Shown here: positions 7,351 through 17,526 of the stretch, in pieces
How the letters are laid out: every line of letters starts with the position of its first letter
Numbering within the stretch: the first letter of the stretch is position 1
Notes under the pieces: model-generated
What the model was told of the DNA's origin: nothing
Database searches by the model: none
The model's input: only the letters and a program-made list of their open reading frames with translations
Virus record (IMG/VR): IMGVR_UViG_3300043394_000291
Span: 1-38,242 of that record
Reading direction: 5' to 3' (one strand)
DNA from: a virus
Lineage: Duplodnaviria > Caudoviricetes
DNA: 38,242 bases
Made by a program: the position numbers and the translations under genes

Positions 7351-8286
7351 TTAGTTACCGAATTTATTATTAAATGTATTATTAAAAGCTTTATTTGTTA
7401 TTATTGGATTGCTTCCAAATTGTAAGCTAAATTTATTATTAAATGTTCTATTATAATTTGGTAATTGCGATGTATAAACCCCACTCGGTGTGAATGTTAC
7501 TAAAGTAAAAGTTGGTAATATCTGCAAATTCCAATTTTTTAATTGATTTAAGGGGTTTACTAAAAATTCAGCACTTAGAAAGTTAGTAGTTCCGACACGC
7601 TCATCTGCTTTATATTCTGAAATTGTTGAGCGTACATTATTAATATAAACCACTTCGCTACATAACATATCGGTTACACTATCATTAACCAAAAAATCTA
7701 ATTGGTCAATCAAATATTTTTGTAAATAAGTCGGTGTATTTTGGTATGTTGTTTGAAATCCTTGAGTAGTTGTGTAGCTTTTTAAATCGAGTTTATTTTG
7801 TGGCGTATGGTAATAGCAGTTGTTTAATCTAATTGATTTTTTTACTACATCACCATTGTTAAAATAATCTACTCTTGTTGTAGTTTTGCTATAATAATCA
7901 GTTATTATAAAACTATTTGAGTAGTAAATATTACCATTAATTAAGTCGGTAATTTTAAGATAAAGCGGTGTAGTGTAGAAGTTTTCATTTATTAAACCAA
8001 ACTCAAATCTTATTTGTTCAACTCCCTGACTATTAATAAATGATGTATAAGCAAAGTTATTGTCAATATTTTTTACAACATTTCCACAACTATTTATTAA
8101 ATCGATTTGAATACCACCAGCGAAAGCTATATCAACATCGCTATTAGTTTCTTGTACAAAAGTTTCGTTCGGTAATTGAACTATAAAGCCATCGTAAAGT
8201 AGAGTAGCGACGTTTGGGTTTGCGCTACTCTTTGCCTTTACGAAGTCGTTTAAGTAAAGTTTAATAAAACTTTTGTCTATATTCAT
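7351..8286 (-). CDS. tail/baseplate protein
   Basis: Position; C-terminal FNNxF repeats. Confidence 0.55.
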   Translation of the reverse strand: MNIDKSFIKLYLNDFVKAKSSANPNVATLLYDGFIVQLPNETFVQETNSDVDIAFAGGIQIDLINSCGNVVKNIDNNFAYTSFINSQGVEQIRFEFGLINENFYTTPLYLKITDLINGNIYYSNSFIITDYYSKTTTRVDYFNNGDVVKKSIRLNNCYYHTPQNKLDLKSYTTTQGFQTTYQNTPTYLQKYLIDQLDFLVNDSVTDMLCSEVVYINNVRSTISEYKADERVGTTNFLSAEFLVNPLNQLKNWNLQILPTFTLVTFTPSGVYTSQLPNYNRTFNNKFSLQFGSNPIITNKAFNNTFNNKFGN

Positions 8287-8287
8287 A

Positions 8288-11017
8288 TTATAATGCTATT
8301 AATGCATTTTGTAAATCAAGTTTGGTATTATAACTAATTCCATCCAAAATTACAAAATTATATTTATAAAAGTTACAAATCGGAATACTATTTTTATCAA
8401 ACACTTTAAAGAAGTCATTTTCAAATATCCACCAATTAGAAACACCGCCTAAATCGTAATCAGTTCCGTCGACATTTAATATACCATTTGCAAAAGTTAA
8501 GGTTAAATAAGGTGTATAATATTTTTCTTCTAATGTAACATTAAATTCTTTTGTAAATGGATTGTAAGCGTTTTTCTGAATGTAACCTTTAATAACATTA
8601 CCTTGCATATCATAACAACGTACAAAGCCTCTATCAGTTGCGTAATCATTCATATAATCAACTACGCTTTCATAACTTGCTACTAAACTTAAATTATGAA
8701 CGTTTGCGTTAATAATTGGCTCATCTAAATCGGTATAATTTACGTTTGCGTTTTCCGTTATTGGTGCGCTTTCTCCAACTAATTGACTTGTAAAAGCTCC
8801 GTTATTTTTAAAGAACGTGTTTTTTAATAAAGTTTTATTGTAAAGCATTGCAGTAGCTATCCACGAACCCCAACGCAAAATATTTCTTTTGATTGAGTAG
8901 TTTATACTTGAAAGCGTGTTGTTTAATGGTAATATAACGCCTTGTGTTAATCTTGTTTGATAAGCTACATTTGAGTAAAAGTATTTAACTTTAATATATC
9001 CATCGCCTGAAAATGATGGTGTAAAACCTATCGGTTGCAAAGTTAAAACACTATTTGTAATAGCTAAAACGCTATAGTTTCCAACATTAACACCACTCGT
9101 AATTTCAAAATTATCGCCTACATTAAAGCCTAAAATAGTCCAATTAATCACAACGCTTCCGCTATCTCCGTTGCTATCTCGGTTTAATATTTCTAAATTA
9201 CTACCAACTATTCGCATTAATAACCTTGCTCCAAATGTTCCAAAGCTATTAGGTTGCAACGATACATATTCCTCGATGTAAACTTTGTCATCTTCGTTTG
9301 TCGACGTTGTAGGTTGTTTAATTTCTAAATCGATTATCGATTGAATAGCATACGCATCTCTGACAAAATTATTATTAATTTCTTTTGTGTTGTCAGCTAA
9401 TAAGTTTGGTAATAACCATTCACTTTCTGTATGAATAGAGTTACTTGTACCTATTGCAGTACGTTCTTGCTCATAAGTTTTATAACTATATTTAAATGAC
9501 TTCAACATCGCTCTGTCGTTGTAATATCTTTGGTAATCTTTACTTGGTATTATCTGAAATACTCCAATTTCGCTATTTGTATAATATTTATCATAACTAT
9601 CGATAAATATTTCATTTCGATTTATTTCGTAATCAGCGCAAACTTCTTCAACACTTCCGAAAACATCATTTGGTTTAACATTGAAATAATCAGTTTTTTG
9701 TGATACCATTCGACGATTGAAAACTACATTGTTGTAATATTCGCCACCGACATCGAACTTAGGTGCGTCAATCGGTAAATTACTAATATACTTTGAACTT
9801 TGTTTAATTAAATCAATCCAATTAACCGCTTTAATAACTGAATCAATAGCAGTTGAAATTGCAGTTATTTCAATAGTCATTCCATTTATTAAAGTTTCAA
9901 CTCTTGCATTAGCTAATGAATGGTCGGTATTGCTAAAAGTAGCAGTACAATCATTTGCAAAGAAAATATAAACTCTTTTACTTCTTTCAATAAAAGGAAC
10001 TGAAATATTTAAATAACTTGGAACATTTGTGTAAACCGAATCAAAATCTGTAATATCTGCATAATCTTTACTCCATAACTCATAAGTGTCAAAACCCTCT
10101 GTTGCTAAATCAACACCACCTATTAGCATTAATAAACGTGCTTTTCCATTTGCAGTAACAACACTTGTTCCAAAAAAATCATATTTAACCGCCCTTACTT
10201 GTGCTACAATATTAGAAAAGTTAAAAGTTAAATTTGATAAATCATTTTTTGCTTCTAAAAACTGAAAAGAACCGCTATCTACTGGGATAGGTTGTAAAAC
10301 TCCGTTATTATCAAAAGCTAAACCTTTAGTAAAAGTTGGACTTAAAAAAGATAAAGTATTATCTATTCCGTATTGCTCAACTACATTTGAATTATTAGCT
10401 AATACATTAAAACCCTCAATGCTTCTTGATGTTTCATAGGCTTGCGCGGTTACTGGAGAATTATTGCCTCTAAACTTACTTATTTGTGTTACCGGTGTAG
10501 CACGTCTTAAATAGTTAAAAGTCGGTAATGGTGTAATAGTATTGCCTTTAAAATCTTTGTCACTAAAAGCGTTAAATATTTCAGTTCCTTGACGTTTATA
10601 ATCCATTATAATACCTATGTCGATAAGTTTACAACTTACATAGTTTTTACCATCAGTAATATCTTTTTCGCTAAAATCTAATTGCATTTTAGGAAAATAA
10701 ACACTATCTTTTGATAAATGATAATAGGCTTCTAATTCAAATCCTTTTTCTTCTAATCCGTATAAAAGCCATTCTAAACCATAATCTAAATATTCGGTAA
10801 CATCGCCAAATTGATTTTTAACTTGTGGTGTAGTTACTAAATTTCCAACTGCATTAACAAACTCAATCTTATCTAATGCGCCGAAATTTATTGAACGTGC
10901 AAAACGTTTGCTTTCTTGCTCTGTTTCAAATTGCAAACCATCAAATCCAATAGGCTCACAAATCTCATACATTAAAGGCGCACCAATTCCAACTATTTCT
11001 AATTCGTGTTTATACAT
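8288..11017 (-). CDS. large tail-tip/baseplate hub protein
   Basis: 909 aa directly after the tape measure gene; PIGFD near the N-terminus. Confidence 0.6.
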   Translation of the reverse strand: MYKHELEIVGIGAPLMYEICEPIGFDGLQFETEQESKRFARSINFGALDKIEFVNAVGNLVTTPQVKNQFGDVTEYLDYGLEWLLYGLEEKGFELEAYYHLSKDSVYFPKMQLDFSEKDITDGKNYVSCKLIDIGIIMDYKRQGTEIFNAFSDKDFKGNTITPLPTFNYLRRATPVTQISKFRGNNSPVTAQAYETSRSIEGFNVLANNSNVVEQYGIDNTLSFLSPTFTKGLAFDNNGVLQPIPVDSGSFQFLEAKNDLSNLTFNFSNIVAQVRAVKYDFFGTSVVTANGKARLLMLIGGVDLATEGFDTYELWSKDYADITDFDSVYTNVPSYLNISVPFIERSKRVYIFFANDCTATFSNTDHSLANARVETLINGMTIEITAISTAIDSVIKAVNWIDLIKQSSKYISNLPIDAPKFDVGGEYYNNVVFNRRMVSQKTDYFNVKPNDVFGSVEEVCADYEINRNEIFIDSYDKYYTNSEIGVFQIIPSKDYQRYYNDRAMLKSFKYSYKTYEQERTAIGTSNSIHTESEWLLPNLLADNTKEINNNFVRDAYAIQSIIDLEIKQPTTSTNEDDKVYIEEYVSLQPNSFGTFGARLLMRIVGSNLEILNRDSNGDSGSVVINWTILGFNVGDNFEITSGVNVGNYSVLAITNSVLTLQPIGFTPSFSGDGYIKVKYFYSNVAYQTRLTQGVILPLNNTLSSINYSIKRNILRWGSWIATAMLYNKTLLKNTFFKNNGAFTSQLVGESAPITENANVNYTDLDEPIINANVHNLSLVASYESVVDYMNDYATDRGFVRCYDMQGNVIKGYIQKNAYNPFTKEFNVTLEEKYYTPYLTLTFANGILNVDGTDYDLGGVSNWWIFENDFFKVFDKNSIPICNFYKYNFVILDGISYNTKLDLQNALIAL

Positions 11018-13670
11018 TTATTCCTTTTCCGTTTATACGTCTGTTAGTTATTTCTTTTCTACTATGTCCGTTTGAAACAAAAGCATTTAAACCGCCTTTA
11101 TCAATACTTAAGTTTACACTTGCTTTATTCTCAATTGCTTTAATAACTCCGCTAAAATCGATATTTGGCGTATTAACTTCTATTTTAGGCATTGAAATAC
11201 CATTAGAAGAAAGTATATTATTTAATCCATTATCAAACATTAATTTTGATTTTTCAGCAGTAAATACTTTATCACCTTTGTTTAAGTAAGTCATTTGTGC
11301 GCCTTTGTTACTTCCAGTTGATTTAAGTTTTCCGTTTTTATCTGTAATAACCTCTGCGCCCTTTTCTTGTGTCCAAGCCCAACCCTCTGGAGCGTTGTCT
11401 GTACCTTTGTAAAATTGTGGCGTTGGTTGTGATGCTACAATTCCAGCTTGTAACGCTCCGATTACACCTATTGCAATAGATAAAGGAACGTTTGGCGGTG
11501 TTGATGCTAAAGCCGAAACTACACCTTGTGCAGTGTCTATTAATATATTAAATATAGCTTGTTGTTTTTTAGCTTTTGCTTCTCTATTTCTTATTTCTCT
11601 TTGACGTTCATCGTATTGTCTGTTAATTTCTTCTTTTGCACTTGCGCTATCACCAGCGAATGCAATTGCTATATCTTTTTCTTTTTGTAAATTAGCTTTT
11701 TCATTCTCAAAACGTTGGTTTGATAATTCAAACATTTTATTAAATACGTCTTGCGCTACATCGCCAACCGCTTGAAAAGTAATAGCGAATTTTTCTTTTA
11801 AACTATCAGCACCCTCAATAAGTTTATCAAAAGTACTTTTGCCTTCTTTGTCAAAATCAAAGAACATTTTCGCACTTGCTAAGCCTATATTATTAAATGC
11901 TTTATTAAACGCATCGCTCGAAATAGTTTTAAGATAACTATCAGTAGCTTCTTTTAATTTTAACCACGCAAAATATTCTGTATAAACTTGTTCATCAGTT
12001 AATTCAATAACATTATTTAATTCTTCTTTTGCTTTTGTTGTTTCTTTTATACTTCCAAAAAGTTGGTCATATAATTGTTTTTGAAATTGTAATAAACCAT
12101 TAGTAATATCATAAGCAGAATTAAATCTATCCATATTAGCTAATTGACTTTCAAGCGCTGATATTGAGCGTTTAAATGCTTCTTCACTATTTTTATTAAA
12201 TTCTTCTTCTTCTTTTAATACTTTTACTTTCTTTTCGTGTGCTTTTGTTCCATCATTAATAGCATCTAAATATTTAGCGTTATCTCTGAATAATTGCAAT
12301 AATAATTCTTCTTCTGCTTTTAATGGCTCTAATTTTTTATTAAGTATTTTTTCAGCATCTGTATTAGCTTGGTTTGTTTTTCTTAATGATGCAAAATATT
12401 CCTCATTATTTTTAATTGCGCCTTTATCATTTTTTTGCTCATTAATTGCTTTATAGCCTTTTGCTAATGTTTTTTGATACTCAACTTGTGCGCTCATTTG
12501 AGCGGTTGCGTTTTGTTCTAATAAGTTTTGAGTAGCCAATGCATAACCACGCCCTATTAATGCTTTATTTAGCCTTTCTTCTGCTTCTGCGGTTTGTCCC
12601 GCTAATATTTGTTCATCTGTTAAATCTCCTAAATATTTGCTATATCTTGAACGTATTTCATCTAACGCATCTTTTCGTTTTTTATCGTTTACATCGGTAT
12701 TTTTAGCAATTTCAAAAAGTATCCTTGCTCTATTTTGTTCTTGCGCTATTGATTGACCTATTGCATCGTTGCTTCTTCTTTCTGCTTCTACTTTTTCTTC
12801 AATAGCTTTCTTTTCTTCTTCTAATGCTTTTTTCTTTTCTTTTGCACCGCTAATAGAATCCCAAATTTTAGCACCATAGACAGTCAATAAAGTAACTCCA
12901 ACAGATAATGCAGTTTGCCAACTTAACACCGCTCCAGCTATTTGTGAAAAGGTGCTTTTTATTGGTAAACCTTGCGCTACTAAATCTTTATTTGCATTTT
13001 TTACTCTTGTGATTTCATCAAACAAAATAGGTAAGTTATTCGACAAAGCCATAAAACCAGTCTGTACACTATTTGCAAAAGCTGGCATTTCTCTGCTTAA
13101 CTGATTGATTGAATTGCCTAATCCGTTCCAACCACTTGCATAATTACCTACATTTCTTTGATTTTTTTGTATATCAGCATCAACTTTTTTCAATGCTGAT
13201 TGATATATGTTTATTTCATTTGTTAATTTATGTAGTTGAGTTAATTCCTTTGTGGTTAAATTACCGCCTAATTCTTTTTTTATTGCTAAATCATTATATG
13301 CTTTTGATAATTGATTAACCTTTTGTTGAGTTTGATTATATAAACTATTTGCTTGTGTTAATTTTGCTTGTTCTTTTTCTAATTGAGCATCGTATTTATC
13401 AAATGCTTTTTCTCTAGCTTGTGCTAGTTTTATCTCACTTAATCTAGCTTTTTCTAAAGCTATTTGTTGTCTTTGTAATGCTTTTTCTTGTTGTATTATT
13501 TGAGCGTTTAAATCCTTAATAGCACTATCAGAACCGCTTGGAGTTTTGATATTCTGCATAGATTTACCAGCGTTATCAATGTTTTTGATAAGTGTTAAAA
13601 CCTCGCTATTTGCAGTCTGTAAATCTTTTAAAGCTGAGGGAGAAAGAATCTCGATGAACTCGTTTGCCAT
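11010..13670 (-). CDS. tail tape measure protein
   Basis: 886 aa, coiled-coil/Ala-rich; QRNVGNY and ALSNNLP motifs; C-terminal FYKGT...EKGAE. Confidence 0.9.
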   Translation of the reverse strand: MANEFIEILSPSALKDLQTANSEVLTLIKNIDNAGKSMQNIKTPSGSDSAIKDLNAQIIQQEKALQRQQIALEKARLSEIKLAQAREKAFDKYDAQLEKEQAKLTQANSLYNQTQQKVNQLSKAYNDLAIKKELGGNLTTKELTQLHKLTNEINIYQSALKKVDADIQKNQRNVGNYASGWNGLGNSINQLSREMPAFANSVQTGFMALSNNLPILFDEITRVKNANKDLVAQGLPIKSTFSQIAGAVLSWQTALSVGVTLLTVYGAKIWDSISGAKEKKKALEEEKKAIEEKVEAERRSNDAIGQSIAQEQNRARILFEIAKNTDVNDKKRKDALDEIRSRYSKYLGDLTDEQILAGQTAEAEERLNKALIGRGYALATQNLLEQNATAQMSAQVEYQKTLAKGYKAINEQKNDKGAIKNNEEYFASLRKTNQANTDAEKILNKKLEPLKAEEELLLQLFRDNAKYLDAINDGTKAHEKKVKVLKEEEEFNKNSEEAFKRSISALESQLANMDRFNSAYDITNGLLQFQKQLYDQLFGSIKETTKAKEELNNVIELTDEQVYTEYFAWLKLKEATDSYLKTISSDAFNKAFNNIGLASAKMFFDFDKEGKSTFDKLIEGADSLKEKFAITFQAVGDVAQDVFNKMFELSNQRFENEKANLQKEKDIAIAFAGDSASAKEEINRQYDERQREIRNREAKAKKQQAIFNILIDTAQGVVSALASTPPNVPLSIAIGVIGALQAGIVASQPTPQFYKGTDNAPEGWAWTQEKGAEVITDKNGKLKSTGSNKGAQMTYLNKGDKVFTAEKSKLMFDNGLNNILSSNGISMPKIEVNTPNIDFSGVIKAIENKASVNLSIDKGGLNAFVSNGHSRKEITNRRINGKGINV

Positions 13671-14269
13671 TATGCTACTTTTTTATTTTGTTGTGATTGT
13701 AATTTTTGTGCTAATTTTTCAAGTGTGATATAAACCGCTAAAGTCATATCCTCTTTTAATAGTGAGTTATTTGGTAATACATTACTTAAAACCCCGATAC
13801 TATCATAATAATCATAATCTTTATTTTGGCTTTTATTAAGCATTTCTTTTAACTCTTGCTCATCAAAAGCTAAATCGTTTTCAATCCAACCGATATTTTC
13901 GCTTAAAATACGTTTAACCTCATCGCTAAAATCTACATCAACGTTTATTTCTATCCCGCATCCTATTTTTAACGCTTCTAAATAATCAATTCGCATTTGA
14001 CGAGTTGTAGTCGAATAGTATAAAAATGCGAGAGTTTGTTTAATTATCGCTATTTTGTAATTTAAAAAAGCAATATTCTTATTTAACTCTAAATATCTTT
14101 TCGCCTCTAAATTATCGGATTTAATGAAAAACTCATCGTAAATAGATATGAATATTTCTTCTAAACCTTTCTCTTTTGGTTTAGGTTTAAGCAATTGATA
14201 GTTCTTAGTTTTCAATATTTCAAAGAAAACTTTTGCGGGTATGTTTGATATGTTTGTGTATTTAGGCAT
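13670..14269 (-). CDS. putative tail assembly chaperone
   Basis: Helical protein immediately upstream of the tape measure gene. Confidence 0.5.
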   Translation of the reverse strand: MPKYTNISNIPAKVFFEILKTKNYQLLKPKPKEKGLEEIFISIYDEFFIKSDNLEAKRYLELNKNIAFLNYKIAIIKQTLAFLYYSTTTRQMRIDYLEALKIGCGIEINVDVDFSDEVKRILSENIGWIENDLAFDEQELKEMLNKSQNKDYDYYDSIGVLSNVLPNNSLLKEDMTLAVYITLEKLAQKLQSQQNKKVA

Positions 14270-14513
14270 CTTTAAATATTAAATCCCCTTTATCAATCAT
14301 TGAAATTAAATCACAGAATAAAGCTGGTAATGAATGTTGAAAATGTAAATTACTTACATCTTCATTTCTTTTTATATTACATCTAATGTTTGTGTCTTTT
14401 ACTTTACTTCTAAAATAGTCAAGTGCTTTGTTTGTGTCTTCTCTTAATCCATATAAATTATCAACTATTTTTATAGCTTCTAATTGTTCTTTTGTAAATT
14501 TATCTTTTTTCAT
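14262..14513 (-). CDS. hypothetical protein
   Basis: 83-aa ORF overlapping both neighbours by a few bases. Confidence 0.6.
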   Translation of the reverse strand: MKKDKFTKEQLEAIKIVDNLYGLREDTNKALDYFRSKVKDTNIRCNIKRNEDVSNLHFQHSLPALFCDLISMIDKGDLIFKDA

Positions 14514-14977
14514 TACGCTATTTTATAAATTTGTTTAATTTGTTGTTGTAATACTAATCGGTATATTTCGCTTTGTCTTTTGTTAAACCAAACTTTGTTT
14601 AATCCCATAATAGCTTGACCATATTTAACTACTAAACTTCCAGTTTTTTTATCTGAACTATCAAATATAAATCCGTTGGGATTTGCGTCGAATGGCTTTA
14701 CAAATAATTTAGACACAAAAGCACCGCTATAAATTAAATCGACGTTACCAAAACCAGCTAAAGGATTCATTTGATTTTTTTCGTTTGCATATTCGCCACT
14801 TTGATAACCTCCTATTCGTTTGTTATCAGGTCGCAAACCACGTTCAAACTCGCTAATCTTTTCTTCTTTTAGGTTTTTTTGGTCGCTTAATATTATCTTC
14901 TGTACTAACGATTCCATTACCGACTGATTCAGTATTGGATTCAATCTCTTTTGATATTCCTTTGCGCTTATTCCCAC
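14513..14977 (-). CDS. putative neck / tail-completion protein
   Basis: Y...Y...K....NVDLIYSGAF...KYG..IMGL pattern of siphovirus neck proteins. Confidence 0.55.
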   Translation of the reverse strand: MGISAKEYQKRLNPILNQSVMESLVQKIILSDQKNLKEEKISEFERGLRPDNKRIGGYQSGEYANEKNQMNPLAGFGNVDLIYSGAFVSKLFVKPFDANPNGFIFDSSDKKTGSLVVKYGQAIMGLNKVWFNKRQSEIYRLVLQQQIKQIYKIA

Positions 14978-15149
14978 AATCTATACAATTTTTATCGTTA
15001 TTTTCGGGTATGTTACTTAAAAACTCGTTAATTAAGTCATCATTTTGCTGATTTGTATGTTTCTTAATCCAATTTACTTGCTCAATTACGCTTAATTGTT
15101 TGAAGTAATGCGCATCACTACCGAATATATGCTTATTAAATATTTCCAT
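14853..15149 (-). CDS. hypothetical protein with basic C-terminal tail
   Basis: 98 aa; first ORF after the 15244 promoter; overlaps the next gene by 125 bp. Confidence 0.55.
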   Translation of the reverse strand: MEIFNKHIFGSDAHYFKQLSVIEQVNWIKKHTNQQNDDLINEFLSNIPENNDKNCIDCGNKRKGISKEIESNTESVGNGIVSTEDNIKRPKKPKRRKD

Positions 15150-15162
15150 TATTTACTTGTTT

Positions 15163-15201
15163 AAAAAACAAAATGCAACCAAAAATTAATTGATTGCATT
15201 T
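15163..15201 (-). terminator. terminator/attenuator-like hairpin in a gene leader
   Basis: AAATGCAACCA/TGATTGCATTT stem (15171-15201) plus minus-strand T tract. Confidence 0.5.
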
Positions 15202-15243
15202 CATCCTTGTTTATCCCCCAATAAAAAAATCATTATGACTTTA

Positions 15244-15251
15244 CAAATATA
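15244..15251 (-). promoter_or_regulatory. -7 promoter element TATATTTG
   Basis: Intergenic exact TAnnTTTG. Confidence 0.5.
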
Positions 15252-15254
15252 AAT

Positions 15255-15284
15255 AAAAAAACCATAACTTTTACATTATGGTTT
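15255..15284 (-). terminator. intrinsic terminator after the major tail gene
   Basis: AAACCATAA/TTATGGTTT stem plus T tract on the minus strand. Confidence 0.7.
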
Positions 15285-15305
15285 AAAAATTATTTTTATT
15301 AACTA

Positions 15306-16232
15306 CTATGCAGTCGGCGTAATCGAATCCGTTGCACCTTTGTAATACTTATTACCAATTTTCGCACAAGCCACCGAATTAACAGAATCATACAATTGTA
15401 CTACAACTGGTGTAGAAGTTGTTAATGTTGCAGTTGGCTCAAATTCATACTCTTGTGTAGTTGAATTGTAAGTTAAAGTACCCGCTTGAATAGTATCAGC
15501 AGTTCCCGATATGGTAACTCTTAAATTAGCAATAGCAATTCCACCTAAAACAGAACTTTGATTAGTAGCAAATTTTGCTTTGAAGTAAACTTTACCCTCT
15601 GAAACGTCAGCACGTCCAGTCATTACAATATCCGTAATAGGGAAAATATCCGCATTTACATTAAAATCTAAAACAGAAGCATCTAAAATAGCAACATCTC
15701 TATTAAATTGCGTTTCGTTCATCAACTGAATGGTAGTGCTAACACTTGCAGAAGTCGAACCATCTGTAAACATATATGTTCCAGCGTTCAACATACCTAA
15801 ATCAAAACCGCTAAAAGTAGTTCCGTTTGTTGCTCCAGCGATTGCGCCACTTGAAAACACAAATAAAACGTCATACGCTTGGAATGAGTTATAAGTAGAT
15901 AACGCATTAGCAAACAACCAACCTCTTAAGTATTTAAAAGTAAATTGTGGTAATCCATTACGAACTACCGACATAACACCACCTTGATACTCCTCAGTTG
16001 TAGCTTCAGGCGTGTTATTTGTAGCCTCAACCGCACCCAAAATAGGAATAAAATTACCTAATTGGATTTGTTCATTTACATAGTCTTTATCGAATACGTC
16101 AGTTGTTAAATTAATTGACCATCCTTTAGGAACTAATATTTTCCCAGTTAGTCTACCTTCTTGCAAAATGCAATCAGATAAACCTAAATTCTTACGTGTA
16201 GTAAGACAATCTTTTTGATTATATAAAACCAT
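15306..16232 (-). CDS. major tail tube protein
   Basis: 308 aa, beta-rich, between head-completion genes and the tape measure, followed by a terminator. Confidence 0.75.
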   Translation of the reverse strand: MVLYNQKDCLTTRKNLGLSDCILQEGRLTGKILVPKGWSINLTTDVFDKDYVNEQIQLGNFIPILGAVEATNNTPEATTEEYQGGVMSVVRNGLPQFTFKYLRGWLFANALSTYNSFQAYDVLFVFSSGAIAGATNGTTFSGFDLGMLNAGTYMFTDGSTSASVSTTIQLMNETQFNRDVAILDASVLDFNVNADIFPITDIVMTGRADVSEGKVYFKAKFATNQSSVLGGIAIANLRVTISGTADTIQAGTLTYNSTTQEYEFEPTATLTTSTPVVVQLYDSVNSVACAKIGNKYYKGATDSITPTA

Positions 16233-16246
16233 TTGATTATTGTTTT

Positions 16247-16756
16247 TTAATTGTTAAATTGAATCGTTTGTAAGCAAGTCGATTGACCGCTAAATGTAAT
16301 TTCAGCATCTAATACAATAGCGTTACAAATAAATACTAAACTATTATCTTCTTCACGCATTGAATAGTTTTTTATTCTTTGTGTTCTAAAGTTTGAATCA
16401 TCATATCTACTTATTCCGCTTTGATTTAATGCTATTAATAAATTATCTAAAATAGGTTGTAAGATTAATTTAAAATCGTACTCATGTTGATAAGGATTAA
16501 ACTCACTTGGTGCTTGGCTTTCGTGTAAAATAACTATTCGAGAATTACGTTTAACACTTGGCTCTCTTAAATTGTTGTTATCTTCACCCTCAACCAACCA
16601 AATTAAAGGAAAACTTAATTTACCTTTTAAAGCTAAATATTTAGTTAAAACTTCTTGAGTTCCCCAACCATAGTTTAAAGTAGCAGTTTGACTACCTACA
16701 ACCACATCAGGTAAAACTTCAACAATTCTTGCTAATTCATCTTCAAAAACTATCAT
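16247..16756 (-). CDS. tail terminator / head-completion protein
   Basis: FPLIWL motif; position upstream of the major tail gene. Confidence 0.55.
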   Translation of the reverse strand: MIVFEDELARIVEVLPDVVVGSQTATLNYGWGTQEVLTKYLALKGKLSFPLIWLVEGEDNNNLREPSVKRNSRIVILHESQAPSEFNPYQHEYDFKLILQPILDNLLIALNQSGISRYDDSNFRTQRIKNYSMREEDNSLVFICNAIVLDAEITFSGQSTCLQTIQFNN

Positions 16757-17394
16757 ATCCCAAAAGAATTATAAGTTTCGTACACTTTGAAGTTTTCTAA
16801 ATTAACATCAGCAAAAACCGCTTTTTTATCGGTTAAATAACGATATAAACTAACCTCTATTTCATCATTGCAACCAAACCAATCTATGAACTCTCCATCG
16901 TTATAAATAATAGGATATTTCATATAACCGCCTTGATATTGTTGAATGAAATTAGCGTTTGCATTAGCTATCTTATACGCTGGTGTTACTAAATTTGCTC
17001 CTTGTGGTTTAACCTCAACATTCCCTATTCCAGTTAATTGTTGGTTAGTATTAAATAAAAAATCTTGTTGGATTTTCCAAGCGATTAAACTATACTCATA
17101 ATTCAATCCTTGCCATATTTTTTCATCATATTCTTCACCCTCTACTAACTTTTGATATTTAGCATATAGCGGATTAGTAAATTCATCCGCTATTGCTAAT
17201 TGTAGTTCATTATAAGTTGTTAAACCTAACGCATTTAATAATACTGATTTTTCTACTTTCGTAATCAATTCCGTTAATGCAGTTGCACTATTCGGAGTTT
17301 CCAAAGTTGGATTAGCTACTATCATTTGAACACTCAAAGGAATGTTTAATGCATTAGCTTGTTGAAAGTATGATAAATCAATTATATTAGGCAT
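16753..17394 (-). CDS. head-tail adaptor
   Basis: Downstream of the capsid gene; MPNIID..YF...LG..Y..L pattern. Confidence 0.6.
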   Translation of the reverse strand: MPNIIDLSYFQQANALNIPLSVQMIVANPTLETPNSATALTELITKVEKSVLLNALGLTTYNELQLAIADEFTNPLYAKYQKLVEGEEYDEKIWQGLNYEYSLIAWKIQQDFLFNTNQQLTGIGNVEVKPQGANLVTPAYKIANANANFIQQYQGGYMKYPIIYNDGEFIDWFGCNDEIEVSLYRYLTDKKAVFADVNLENFKVYETYNSFGI

Positions 17395-17522
17395 TATTTT
17401 TCTTTTTTAGGTTTAACTTCTTTTACCTCTTTATCTTTGTATAGGTGCGCATCTTCTTTCGCTACTCTTGTAGTTTTACCATTATAGGTAACTTCTATTG
17501 TAGTTTCTAAATAATGTCCCAT
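17394..17522 (-). CDS. 42-aa basic protein after the capsid gene
   Basis: Hand-translated MGHYLETTIEV...KPKKEK; fills the gap. Confidence 0.55.
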   Translation of the reverse strand: MGHYLETTIEVTYNGKTTRVAKEDAHLYKDKEVKEVKPKKEK

Positions 17523-17526
17523 ACTA

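Noticed and set aside
13670-14513. Programmed frameshift in tail chaperone genes
   Set aside because: No slippery site stands out from the many A/T runs, and the ORFs have ordinary coupled starts.
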